DNA of 63,781 nt, counting the filler, from Trichomonas gallinae (lineage: Eukaryota): assembly GCA_008369845.1 (NCBI GenBank). It is 6 parts of 6 records of this genome, joined end to end, with 100 filler letters (N's around TTAATTAATTAA, not from the genome) between each part and the next. Parts side by side here need not be neighbours in the genome. Positions count along the whole stretch, not along the records: positions 1 to 25,085 come from MRSU01000901.1; 5 more parts are not named here. One strand, 5' to 3'. Made by a program: the position numbers and the translations under genes. Position 1 is the first letter of the stretch, and each line of letters begins with the position of its first letter. Shown piece by piece: positions 1 to 11,100 of this stretch. The notes under the pieces are model-generated. The model was not told where the DNA came from and did no database searches. It worked only from the letters and a program-made list of their open reading frames with translations.

Positions 1-330
1 ATGGTCACTATGTGCTCATTCTATATTATTAATTTACAGAATTTTTAGTTGTATTTTTCTGCCGGACAACCTTTTAAAATTAATTTATAAAATTTTTGAT
101 TCGAAATATGCTTTACATGTCAAATACATAGTGACTAGAATGCATTCTTCCATGATCGCATTGATTATTTCCATAAATGAATAGTTTTATGTATTGTTAT
201 ACATGTTCTATAGATGCATTTAAATATAAGAAGATTATTGGACAGGAGAATTGGTGAGAATAAGGATTTGACAAGTGACACTTTACATGACAAATGTTAA
301 AAGTTCAAGGAAACGATACGAAACAAAAAG

Positions 331-921
331 ATGAGCAAAGCTTGGCAAGGAACTATACTAAATACCAAATATGCTCCTCTTTTTGCGACCATCGATGAAC
401 AGTTTATCAGGGATAAAGCAAAAGATGAACATTATCGTGAGCTTTTCCCTGATCTCGATGAATTAATAGAGATTATAGTAAATTCATCTGAGAATTCGGA
501 TGAAAATCCAGATACAAAAATTAAAACAAAACAACTTTTTAGAGTTTTACACCATGATTTCCTACAGACAGAAAATGGAATGCAACAATTAATCGAAAAA
601 TACAACAAAAATCTTTTACCAAAATGTCCTCGTGTTTACTGCAATGGTGCGAAATGCTTCCCAGTTGGTGTAGAAAGGGAAGGAAATATATATCCAAAAA
701 TGTTATGCCCATCTTGTCGTGAAATATATAATTTACCGCCACCATTCCATGATTTACAAAATGGAGAGGCTTTTGGAACAAAATATATCGATAGATTTTT
801 CGAAAAATACAAAGATATTTTACCGCAAAGGGTAGAGGAGGTCCCTTATGAGCCAAGGATTTTTGGATTTAGAGTTAAGCAACATCAGGTGCCAATAGAA
901 CCTGAAAAATTAGAGAAATAA
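331..921 (+). CDS. Casein kinase II regulatory (beta) subunit family protein, divergent
   Basis: CPRVYC...CPSC zinc-ribbon, GEAFGT and YEPRIFGFRV match CK2beta hallmarks (CPRVYC, DGAYFGT, PRLYGFKI). Confidence 0.85.
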   Translation: MSKAWQGTILNTKYAPLFATIDEQFIRDKAKDEHYRELFPDLDELIEIIVNSSENSDENPDTKIKTKQLFRVLHHDFLQTENGMQQLIEKYNKNLLPKCPRVYCNGAKCFPVGVEREGNIYPKMLCPSCREIYNLPPPFHDLQNGEAFGTKYIDRFFEKYKDILPQRVEEVPYEPRIFGFRVKQHQVPIEPEKLEK

Positions 922-1849
922 ACTGTTTTGTTCTACATCTGTTTTAAATATAACATATTATGCTAAGTGTTGTGTGCACAAACACTCATGTAAGAATTCG
1001 AGTCATTTCAGCTATTACAAATTATTCAAACAAAGATGAATTTAATTTTCAAGATATTTTCTGTTGTCGCATGATACTTTGTCACATTAATATTACAACC
1101 ACTACCAAATTTAACATTCATTTCATAACAATAACATGCGAAATTTCTGAAATTTGTCAAATTAATTTTAAAAATCTAGATTAATTCTAATCATTCAAAT
1201 TTAATGATAAATTCATTCGATACACACATGCAAGAAGTTGTTTGTATCGTTAAATTCTCATATTTTTTGAACACTAAAATCAAGACAATTCAAATAACAA
1301 GAATTAGAGCAAAACATACAAGATGAAGTTATGAGACTCCTGGAACAAATATATTTGTTTTTGAGCAATTTGATATGATATTATTATGATCACTTCTATA
1401 TATTTTTGTTTTGATACTGTTGATGTGTTCTTATATATGCATATATATATAGTGTAAGTTATGACTCTCTGAGAGACTATATTCACGATATTTTATTAGG
1501 ACTTGAAAGTTTTGATAATTCATACATGAAACTTCATTCTCAAAGCTTCATAAAAAGGAATATAAATATACACATCAAAAGATTAATAGAAATATATTTA
1601 TTTTTCACTTTTATTCAATATTGACGATTTTTCACGCTAATTTTTTTCCCAAAAAATTATCAAATTATCTCAAGACAGGAATGACTTTGAGACATACCAC
1701 TAACACCATCTTGTAATAATACAATTTGTCACCAATATTTAGTAGAATGAAGTTCTATATCATTCTGCGTAATATTTTCCTGCCTCATCAATTTACATAT
1801 ATTGACATGATATTATAATGTTTAGTTATATAAATATACATGGTTTTGT

Positions 1850-3085
1850 TTAATCTTTCTTAGCAATTAAAGTGCAGAAGTGGCAGATCGGCATGTTGGG
1901 GGATGCCATGTAAGGGACACTGAAGTTGACCTCGATGTCTGTCAGTCCTGTAGACACGACGAAGCCGATGCCAATTCCGCCGTATTTGACGAATCCTGGC
2001 AATTTCTCTGCCGGATGTGTCCTGTGGATGTTCACACCGACAGCGTTGCTGTTGAATAGGTACATGTTGAGCATATCTGAGACCGGGAATCTCAATTCTT
2101 GCGTTGCAGCAATGTAGTGTTCGATTCCTGTGTATGTTCTGTTGAATTTTGGCGAGAACTTCTGGGCATCGACACCACGAAGTATTGGGCGTCCACCAAG
2201 ATGGTATCTCTCTGGATATGGCAGCGCTGAAGTTGAGAGAAGAGATCCTGCCTCAGCTCTGCAGAGAACATTTGGCGGAAGAAGCCCCTGCATGCTCACC
2301 TTGTACTGGATCGCTGGTATTGTAGATTTCGTGTCTGTAACGATCAGAAGCTTGGCATAATTATGAATTTTGAACATCAAGTTCTGATCTGCGCCATACA
2401 AATCAAGATTATCAATCATCAGCTTGTGGGACGCCTTGACACCGAACGAATGATAATCAAAGAAAGAAGTTAAATATTTTTCTTCATTTTGTTTGTCCAG
2501 CTGGGATGTCATCGATCTATTCATGTAGTAGACGCTTGTCTTGAGGGCCTTTTCGTATGGAATGTACTTCGCTTTGAGCTCGAATGTTTTGTATGGATAT
2601 TTGTTGAAGGTATATGTGTAGATTTCTCCTTTGACGTGGACGAATGGGACTGGATTTTTGCGTTTGAGGTCCATCATGCCGGTTAAAGGATATTTAAGCC
2701 TTGCTGATGAAACAACTCCGTAGCCGGGCAAGTAAGAGACGCCAAACTCAGATGTGCTCGGTGGTCCTATGAATCTGAGTTTTCCACCGAGTCCTAGCTG
2801 CCTCTTTGCTGCACCAGAGCCCGTTATTTGTGGGCCACCTTCTACAGGCAAAACAGCAATGTTTACTTTACGTGGTCTGAACCACCCCTTCGGCTGATAG
2901 TCAACGGTGCATCCAGCGACGCCGACAACCCTCGTAACTCTCTTCCTGAGATTTTCAAGGAGCTCAGCTTCGACTTCTGGCGACGAATTGAAGCCAATGA
3001 TGTTCTCCACCTCACTCTCGACAGCTGACGGCGGCACCCACGAGCAACGGGAGGATACCTGCACAATCGAGGGGCGCGCACCCAT
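1850..3085 (-). CDS. SAM50: Omp85/Sam50-family beta-barrel assembly protein (likely hydrogenosomal outer membrane)
   Basis: 411 aa with alternating beta-strand pattern; ERYHLGGRPILRGV corresponds to the Omp85 L6 loop (LGG...VRGF); followed by ELRFP and GIGIGF...IEVNFSVP terminal strands. Could be a Sam50 paralogue. Confidence 0.75.
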   Translation of the reverse strand: MGARPSIVQVSSRCSWVPPSAVESEVENIIGFNSSPEVEAELLENLRKRVTRVVGVAGCTVDYQPKGWFRPRKVNIAVLPVEGGPQITGSGAAKRQLGLGGKLRFIGPPSTSEFGVSYLPGYGVVSSARLKYPLTGMMDLKRKNPVPFVHVKGEIYTYTFNKYPYKTFELKAKYIPYEKALKTSVYYMNRSMTSQLDKQNEEKYLTSFFDYHSFGVKASHKLMIDNLDLYGADQNLMFKIHNYAKLLIVTDTKSTIPAIQYKVSMQGLLPPNVLCRAEAGSLLSTSALPYPERYHLGGRPILRGVDAQKFSPKFNRTYTGIEHYIAATQELRFPVSDMLNMYLFNSNAVGVNIHRTHPAEKLPGFVKYGGIGIGFVVSTGLTDIEVNFSVPYMASPNMPICHFCTLIAKKD

Positions 3086-3479
3086 TGTTTTTTTTTTGTC
3101 GCAGGGTCTTCCTCCTTATAATAGGGGAGACCCTCATTTTAAATATTATGCTTTTATTTCGCTTATTTTGATAGTATAGATCCTAACTAGAGATTTGCGT
3201 CTTGATTACACTTCCAAGACAGCATTTAACCAATTCTGTTTCATACCATTGCCTTTTTTTCCCCCCTTGACTCAATAATAGAAAAAGAGATTCAAAAAAT
3301 AAAAGCAGGAGACCTTCAATTTAAGGGTGCACTGTAAACGATATACAGACTATCGAAAAAAAATCTGACATTCACAATTGTTTAAAACTATTATATTTGT
3401 TTAATATCAACATGTTATCGTTTTATAATATTGATCTAGAATAATCTCTGGCTTTACGTGAAATTAGTAAATTATTATG

Positions 3480-4204
3480 CATCAAGTTCTTTCAATTTTG
3501 CAATGGATTCAACCTTATTATTCAATGCAGCGCAAACCAATGGAGTTTTGCCATCTTTGTTTTTTGCTTCGATATTTGCACCTAAGCATATAATATCATT
3601 AATAAGTTCTTAATTTTTGGAAATAAAATCCATGCAGTAAAAATTTGTCGAAGTTTGTGCAATTTGACATCAAGTAGAAAAATAATCGAATGTCAAAGCA
3701 AAACGCTGTATACTTAACATCAATTTCAATTTCATACATATGCGAGAATGAAACTACCATCTCGAAGTTATGAGTATCAATGACTTTTTTCATTGTCTTT
3801 GTATCTGGTTTGAACTCCTAAAGGAATTCGTTGATAATATATCGATTTCTGCCAACCATGCTGTAATCAAGGCATTTTTTAGTGATTTCAATACCATTGC
3901 TCCTCAAAAATTTGAAACACTCAACTGCACCACAGAAGCAGCAGTTTTCGATGAGAGATTTTTTTTTTCGAATAGTTCCTGATTGAAGTCAAAAGCAGGC
4001 TCTAACAGAATGATTTCCTTGAGAGATTTGTTATTGTCATGAATAATGCAATGCATGATTGGATCTGACTCAAAATATAGCTAAGAACATCGTCAAAACT
4101 TTTATTTTTATATCTTTTGAGGTAGTAACTATCGTTGATGTTGATATTATATTTCTTTGCAAATAGTACTTTAATAATACTTCGTCAAAACATTTTGCAT
4201 TCAT
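3480..4204 (-). pseudogene. DUF3447/ankyrin-repeat family pseudogene
   Basis: Manual minus-strand translation: ...SLIENCCFCGAVECFKFLRSNGIEITKKCLDYS...NEFL*(TAG 3818-3820)EFKPDTKTMKKVIDTHNF... then LGANIEAKNKDGKTPLVCAALNN (ankyrin). Frameshifts at the homopolymer ~3959-3968 and near ~3610. Boundaries approximate. Confidence 0.8.
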
Positions 4205-4362
4205 TTTGTTAGAGAATGGTAATATATATAGATCCTAGGCAGAGTTTAGTGCCTTGAGTAGGCTTCCAAGATAGTGTTTGGCCAATTATCCTTTACGCAT
4301 TTGCCTCTTCCTTCACATAGTTATTTTCTAAAGGAATCCCTCAAAGCTTTATGTAAATAAAA

Positions 4363-4502
4363 CAGGGGAGACCTTCATTATTATAAAAAAAAAATAAATC
4401 AGGGGTACTCAATAAATATCAGGGGAGACCCTCATTATAATAAAAATTATAAATTAGGGGGACCCAATAAATATCGGGGGAGGCCCTCATTATAATAAAA
4501 AA
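4363..4502. repeat. Three degenerate ~55-57 bp tandem units with CAGGGGAGACC(C/T)TCATTA core
   Basis: Units start at 4363, 4420 and 4475; a partial further copy lies at ~4605-4632. Confidence 0.85.
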
Positions 4503-4697
4503 TATACGCCATTATTTGAGCTTCGCTCTCAATTTTGGATCATTTTAAGCATCTTTTATTCATGATATAATTATAACCGTTTCAATTCAAAATTGAATGT
4601 TCATTTATAAAAAATTATAAATTAGGGGGGAGAATCCAATGATTTAATTTTAAGTAGGGTCTCCCCTGTTTTAGATATTATTTGAGGGTTTATATCT

Positions 4698-6473
4698 ATG
4701 GCGGGTTTATGGGGAAAGTTTTCCAATTTCATATCAAACTTAGAGAAAACGATTGATAATGATTTTGAAAACATGGAAGCGTCTATGAATGCGCCAGTGA
4801 ATATCGAAAAGAAAGAAATTATCGCAGAATTATCAGATGACGAGAAAATCGAACCAGAGGAGACTAAAGAAGTCGAAACTGACGATGATTCGAGGAAACA
4901 AGAGTTAATAGCGAGAATTAAAGCAGCAGAACAAGAATTAGAAAATAATCAAAGAGAAGTTGAAAAATTCCAGAATGTTATTGATCAAATCGGCGTCGCC
5001 GGGGCATCTTTACTCGACGAATTCGATACAAGACAAGAAAAACTCCAAGCGATTTACGATAAATTATTATTAAACGAGAAAACAATACAAAATGAAATAG
5101 ATGATGCATCACATGCTGATGAGCTTCTCAATTCTGTCACGGTGCAGCACACAAAGGCGAGGAGACTCCTTGAAGAATACGAAATCGAATTTGATCAGGC
5201 GAAAATGGCTTACAACGAGCTTGTTAGCGACGAAAAGAAAGTAGACAATTCCATACAGAACTTAACTGAGATGATTGAAGAGCTCACGAACGAGAAATTG
5301 GAGATAGAACAAAAAACTTCGAGTTTCTTGAGCAAAGCCGCAGAAAAAGAATCAAAAATAGAAAAACTAGAGAAAGACAACGAGGATATTTCCAATACAG
5401 CGTCGTCAATGGCTGCAACTGTTTCAACATTCAAGGAAAAACAAATTAATTTATTTACTAAGAAAGTTAGCTTCGAAAATCAAAGAAATGAAATATTAAA
5501 CAAACTCAATGAGGCGTCAGTAGCCCAACAGATAGAAAACAGAAAGCAAATCGAAAACAGAGTCACAGCAATGAAAGATTTTGCACAGGAAATTATGAAT
5601 AAGCAAGATCAAGAAATAAAAACATTAAATCAGGAGACAGAAGCCCTCCAAAGCGAAATAAAACTGGAAAATATCAACTTTGAACGAGAGAAACAAAATT
5701 ATGAAAAACTAATCACACAAGCAGAGGTCGAAGAAGAGCAGCTTAAGATTAAACTCGATGATTGCAAGGCAAATAATCCAAGAACACTGCTTTCTCTTCA
5801 AACAAAACTTGATACTTTGAAATCTGTCTTTGAATCAACAGAAACTGTTCAAAATGAGACAATTTCCAGACTCAAAAACGATTTAATAGAGATACAAGTC
5901 AAAAATGAAACAATTAGCGAAGAAATTAAAAATTTGCAAAATTCTTTAGCTGAATTAAATAAAGAAAAAGCAGAATCAAAGGCATCACACGAAGAAAAGA
6001 AACGAAAACGCCAGGAATATGAAGACGAAATCGCAAAAATTAACCAAGAAATCAATAATTTGAATGAAATAATAAAATCAAAGCAGGAAATGAAGCTGAG
6101 TCTCGAAGATCAATCTAAAAAACTCGTTTTGGAGTCAACAAAACTCAAAGACACAATAGAAATGAGAGAAAATAAATATAATCAAATGAAAAACGACTTA
6201 AACGCTCAGCTTTCAGACTATAAAAGAATCATTGAAACAAACAATGAGCCAACAACCTTCATGAAGTGGAAATCTCTTTGCGAAAAATGCGCATCTTTAG
6301 ATAAAGAAATTGCAATGCTTCAAATCGAGCTTCAGCAAAGTTCAGGACTCGATTTAGTGTTTTCGCAGACCCTTGAGACACTCGCTGAGCGCCAAGACAC
6401 TCTAGAAATCGTTAAAAGAACAATTGCGAGAGAAAAACAATGTTTCCAGCAGAAACTGCAAGAATTACTATAA
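4698..6473 (+). CDS. Coiled-coil golgin, TMF1/Sgm1-like
   Basis: Long heptad-rich coiled coil; C-terminus LETLAERQDTLEIVKRTIAREKQCFQQKLQELL resembles the TMF C-terminal motif; N-terminal MAGLWGKF is golgin-like. Confidence 0.6.
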   Translation: MAGLWGKFSNFISNLEKTIDNDFENMEASMNAPVNIEKKEIIAELSDDEKIEPEETKEVETDDDSRKQELIARIKAAEQELENNQREVEKFQNVIDQIGVAGASLLDEFDTRQEKLQAIYDKLLLNEKTIQNEIDDASHADELLNSVTVQHTKARRLLEEYEIEFDQAKMAYNELVSDEKKVDNSIQNLTEMIEELTNEKLEIEQKTSSFLSKAAEKESKIEKLEKDNEDISNTASSMAATVSTFKEKQINLFTKKVSFENQRNEILNKLNEASVAQQIENRKQIENRVTAMKDFAQEIMNKQDQEIKTLNQETEALQSEIKLENINFEREKQNYEKLITQAEVEEEQLKIKLDDCKANNPRTLLSLQTKLDTLKSVFESTETVQNETISRLKNDLIEIQVKNETISEEIKNLQNSLAELNKEKAESKASHEEKKRKRQEYEDEIAKINQEINNLNEIIKSKQEMKLSLEDQSKKLVLESTKLKDTIEMRENKYNQMKNDLNAQLSDYKRIIETNNEPTTFMKWKSLCEKCASLDKEIAMLQIELQQSSGLDLVFSQTLETLAERQDTLEIVKRTIAREKQCFQQKLQELL

Positions 6474-6590
6474 TATATTATACATTTTTTGTTTGTATGT
6501 TAAAAAATTAATGTAAAACTAAATATTTCAGGATATTTAATGTAAAATGACAGAATATTATTTTTTTTAACAAACGCACATAAGACAAGT

Positions 6591-7481
6591 TTAATCACTT
6601 TGCCTTGTGTAGTATGGATTCTCATTGAACATTATATCGTGTTTCTTAAAGAGATAAACAGAAACAATTGCGAAAATCGAAGGAACGTAATCGAACAAGA
6701 ACATGAAGAACCACGAGAAAGCTCTGACTGATGCTGGGAGAGTGTGTCTTAGTTTTGCTTTATTAGTAACCCATTGTTGGAGAAGATTTATATGGAAGAA
6801 ATGGGTAGAGTTGTAGATGAGGCGAAGTGTGTAGATGAGAGTGTAGAGAACGAGGCCAACCCTGCAGAAGTTGACGCAGCCCGCATCATCTGGCTGAACC
6901 ATTGGATACGTGACAGCAGCGAGAAGAGAGCGGGCTGGGAGGATGAAGAATATGACGAGGACTAAGTCCGTGCACGCGCACCAGAGAGAAAGCGAAAGAT
7001 CTGGATCAGTTTCATTCGACGAATCGATTAAGCAGAGTGTAATGCCGAGAGCGACGAATGTAATGAGAAAGAGGATGAAAAGAGAGCGGAAGAAGATGAT
7101 TGCGTTCATTCCTGGGTTTCTGTAGGTGAAAAGGAGATCGAAGAGGATTAAAATAACCAAGCACATCGGGATGAATAGGAGAATGTGGTTGGCTGACGTG
7201 TAACCGATTTTGAATGATTGTTCGTTCCATTTGAAATAGAAAAGTTGGACTGTGCCGCGATAGAACTGCCACAGGATCATAAACACCCAGAAAAGGAACG
7301 TTTGATCGAATATCTTGCATTTGTTTTTCGATGATTTGATGTGAAAAATGAGCATTAAAATCGAAATAAAGCCGGTGAGCCAAAACAAGATGCCGAGAAC
7401 ATCCATCTCACCGTAGCCGCAGTAGAAACCGGGCATCACGTTTTTGCAGATGAATTCGTTTGCTGCACTTAAGTTACTCAT
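6591..7481 (-). CDS. 7-transmembrane protein, GPR137/THH1-TOM1-like
   Basis: About seven hydrophobic segments; first ATG at 7481 after an A-run (ORF-track start 7532 is non-ATG). Family assignment tentative. Confidence 0.55.
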   Translation of the reverse strand: MSNLSAANEFICKNVMPGFYCGYGEMDVLGILFWLTGFISILMLIFHIKSSKNKCKIFDQTFLFWVFMILWQFYRGTVQLFYFKWNEQSFKIGYTSANHILLFIPMCLVILILFDLLFTYRNPGMNAIIFFRSLFILFLITFVALGITLCLIDSSNETDPDLSLSLWCACTDLVLVIFFILPARSLLAAVTYPMVQPDDAGCVNFCRVGLVLYTLIYTLRLIYNSTHFFHINLLQQWVTNKAKLRHTLPASVRAFSWFFMFLFDYVPSIFAIVSVYLFKKHDIMFNENPYYTRQSD

Positions 7482-8145
7482 GTTTTTTTGGAAAAATAAT
7501 TTACCCTTTTTTACCCCTCTAATTAACTCCAATTCACAAATTCATCATTTTTCGTTTTCTATCACACTTCTCATTTTTATATCTATTTATCGCAAAATCA
7601 TTCATTGAAACTCATTTTTTAAAAACTTTTTTAATATCTCCAAATAACATATATATAAATCTTACTCAGCAATTTATTATACATATAAACATATAGTGAT
7701 TATACAGCAAAAGTATTGATGTTCAATCTTTATTAAAAAAACATGAGTTCAAATCATTTTTTCTAAAATTTCACCACGTTAATGTTCGACATCTAATAAT
7801 GTATGTGATTAGATTTTGGTTGATCTAGTAAGTAACCTAGTAAGTCTACTATATACCCTATATTTATAAAGAAACCGAATCTTTATTATCATCAATAAAT
7901 TGATTTATTTTAATTTTTATAAAAATACAGGATGGACAAATAGTTGTGAGACACTCCTTGCGCACATACATATTATTATATGCTATCATCTGAAGTATCT
8001 AGAGCATGTTGCAAAATATATTTATTCATGTATCATATTGAATGAAAAAATGAATGAAAATAGACTAAATAAATAAGAAAAATTGCCTTTATAATAAAAT
8101 TCTATATCAAATATAAATAAAATAATATATAATAAAATAATAAAA

Positions 8146-11100
8146 TTACTTCTTGCCGAAGAGTTTCTTGTATTCAGCCTTCATCTGAGACCTCTTTCTC
8201 TTGTTGACGACATTAGCGTTGAGTGGTGCTGAAGCGAATGGAGCAACGCCACCCTTCTTCATGACATCGCCTTTTCCGCGCGGTGCTTTAAACTTGTTGC
8301 CTGTTTCAGCAATAAACTGTGCCTTTGTCTGCTCCCTTTCCTTCTGCTTCTTCTGTCTTCTGTTGTTGATGTAATCGGAGAGTTCGTTGCCTCTGTCTTC
8401 ATCTTCGTCTTCAGACTCTTCTTTCTTAGACTTGCGGGCCTTTGGCGCTTCTTTCATGATAATTCTGCCGCGCTCGTCGAACTGGAGCTGCTCGTCTTCA
8501 TCGTCTTCCTTGCGCTCTTTGCGCTTGATGATGTTGGCTGATGACAAGAGATCGATTTCGTGCTCATCGTATCTTGAGTCGAGTTCGATATCTCCGTCGC
8601 TTTCGTTTTCTGCCTTTGGAACAGAAGCCTTCGCCTTCTTCTGATTCCTGTTCGACTCCTTGCGGGCACCTCTGAGGAGCTTGGCATCTTCCTTCGGGAA
8701 GACAGCTGTGACTGGGTCGATGCCGAATGTCTCTATACACCTTTCAATCATGTGGTGACCTTTGTCTCTGATTTCCCAGTTCGTCCTCTTGTTGCAATTG
8801 ATTGAGAAGCCGACGATGTTTGCCAACTGTCTCTGCTCTGCGTACTTTGGAACTCTAGTGAGGAGCATCTTGCAGTAGCCGAGGCCAGCACGGGCGACTT
8901 CTGATGTCTGTGTAGCGAATGTTGCCTTGAAGACTGCCTCTGATGTTGCATCGAAGTTCTCTGGACTGACCTTGTCGTAGTGGCGGCGAAGGACAATCGA
9001 AAGAGCGTCAATACTCGCTGCAACGAATCCACTGACATCTGAAATGAGGCCGACAACAATACCAGCGATGATGGCGTCGACATTGCCGAATGAGTCAATA
9101 GATGTCTGTGCGATTGTCTGGAGAGATTCTTCAGCGGCTGTTCTTGTCTTTTCACCTTGATCTTTGACAGCGGCGACGATTTCTGGCAAGAACTCTGTCA
9201 GTAAAGCGCCGTACTCTTCTCCTGATAATTGCAACAATGTTGTCATCAATAAAATTCTGTAGCGGAGTGTTGACGAGGTGACATCTTCGCCTGTGTTTGC
9301 CAAAACTTCTTTGAGTTCATCAACTGCTCCGTCGATCTTGTACTTGGTGATGAGGTCTCTGATGGCTCTGAGAGCTTTCTTCTGGAAGTGGCCCTTCCTG
9401 TTGGCGAACTTGAGCATCATCTTGTAGAACAAGTTTCTGCAGCCTTCATCTAAGAAGTTTAACATGGCTAGGATGACGTCAACGAGCGCGCATGAGATGT
9501 CGATCTTGTCTGCGTCCATTGCATATGTCAGGAGCTGCTTCGAGACGCCCTGGAAGAACTCCTGCAATGCCTGCGAGTTCTTTGCGCCGCTTATGGCTGT
9601 GATAGCTGGAATAGAAACGGCTGTTGTTGATGCATCGACTGCAGCGTTGACGAGCAAAGAAAGCGGCCTGTCGTCGTTTGCTATGAATCTAGCGAGGTGC
9701 TGGAAGATCTTGGAGATCGGCCTGATGAGCTCCTTGTGCTGCTCGAATCTGTCGCAGCAGAAATTAACAAACACAGAGATGTCATCTTCGCCAGTAGTGA
9801 CGCAGTTTGGTAAAGCGTTCCACAGGTTGATCCAGATGAGGTGCTTGTTGGCAGACTCTGGGTGGTTGATGAGCTCCTGAGGAATGTTCATGTACTCGTT
9901 GTACAAGAAGTCTTCGATCGGCAAAATCTTGTCCATGGTGAACTGCAAATCAGTCAAGTGCTTGCGTGAGTTGTAGGCGTTGATGAGAGGGATGTAGACG
10001 TGCTGGAAGAAGTTGACGTCGTCCAAAAGCTCGGTAGTTCCTTGGTAAAATGCGACGAGGCCCATCTCGTTCATGCATGTCGCGATGAAGTTGACGATGA
10101 ATTCCTTGCCGTGCATGTCTTTGTCTTGCTTAAGCTTCTCTATAGCGTTGAGAATTGGCTTGAATAAGATGTCGCCTGTTGCGCCGTGGAGCTGTGGCGG
10201 GAGTGTCGAGAGAATGGCGAAAACTTGAGGCCAGATGGACATGTACTGGACAATGAGCGCGCTGTTGAGCTCCTCGATGATTCCCTGGAGTCTGGAGAAA
10301 TCTTGGATTTGGCCGGCGTTGTTTGTGAGTGCTGCGATGCCGTAGAGGATTGTCTGATTGATAGTTGTGCGTGCTTGTTCGTCCTCAAGCTGCAGAAGAT
10401 AAAGCATCTGGTGTAAGAATGATTGGAAGTTATCTCCGAGAAGAGATGGGCTTTCTCTTGCGAGCATTGTAATAGCGCTCTGAATAAGGCTTGCCATTGC
10501 CTGGAGGACGTCACCAGGTGCTTCTGGCTTCTTGGCTGTGAATTTGTTGATGATTGAAACGACTGTATCTGCGCTGAGGTGATGAAGGCAGTACGACATG
10601 AGTTCGAAACCTTTAACACGAACAGCACGGTTGTCGCTCTCGCAAAATCCAAGGATTGGCTCTGCATATTTTGTCCAAACTCCTGGTTTTGCGGCGCTAG
10701 CGATATTCTTGAGTACTGTGAGTGCGCGAAGTGGATTTTCATTGCAAATTTCGAAAAGTCTGTCGAAGCAAAGCTGATGAATATTATCATTGTCGTAGAT
10801 TGCTTTTGAAGCTGTGTTTCTTACTTTCGGATCATCTGAGAGTGTCGCAAGGCAGATATTTTCGATCAATGTTGTAACTTGCACTGGATTGAATTTAGTT
10901 TTGTGTGATAAAGCTGGAGCAACTGGGCAGAGAGCTGCGAGAAGGGCGTTATCAGCACCATTGAACAATGGCACGACGCATTCTGCGAGTTGCGCGGCGA
11001 TAAATGAGTCAAGTGGCGCAGCCTGCATCGCGATGTACAAAAGTCTAAGAAGCTCAGGGACACCAGCCTTGTTGTTCTGTCCAAGCCTGTGTATGATGAG

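Noticed and set aside
3818..3820. In-frame TAG as evidence of stop-codon reassignment
   Set aside because: The same locus has frameshifts, and all intact genes read through in the standard code and end at TAA, TAG or TGA.
4363..4502. CRISPR-like array interpretation of the tandem repeats here and at 35979-36067
   Set aside because: Eukaryotic context, inter-repeat sequence is itself largely repeated, and no cas genes are present.
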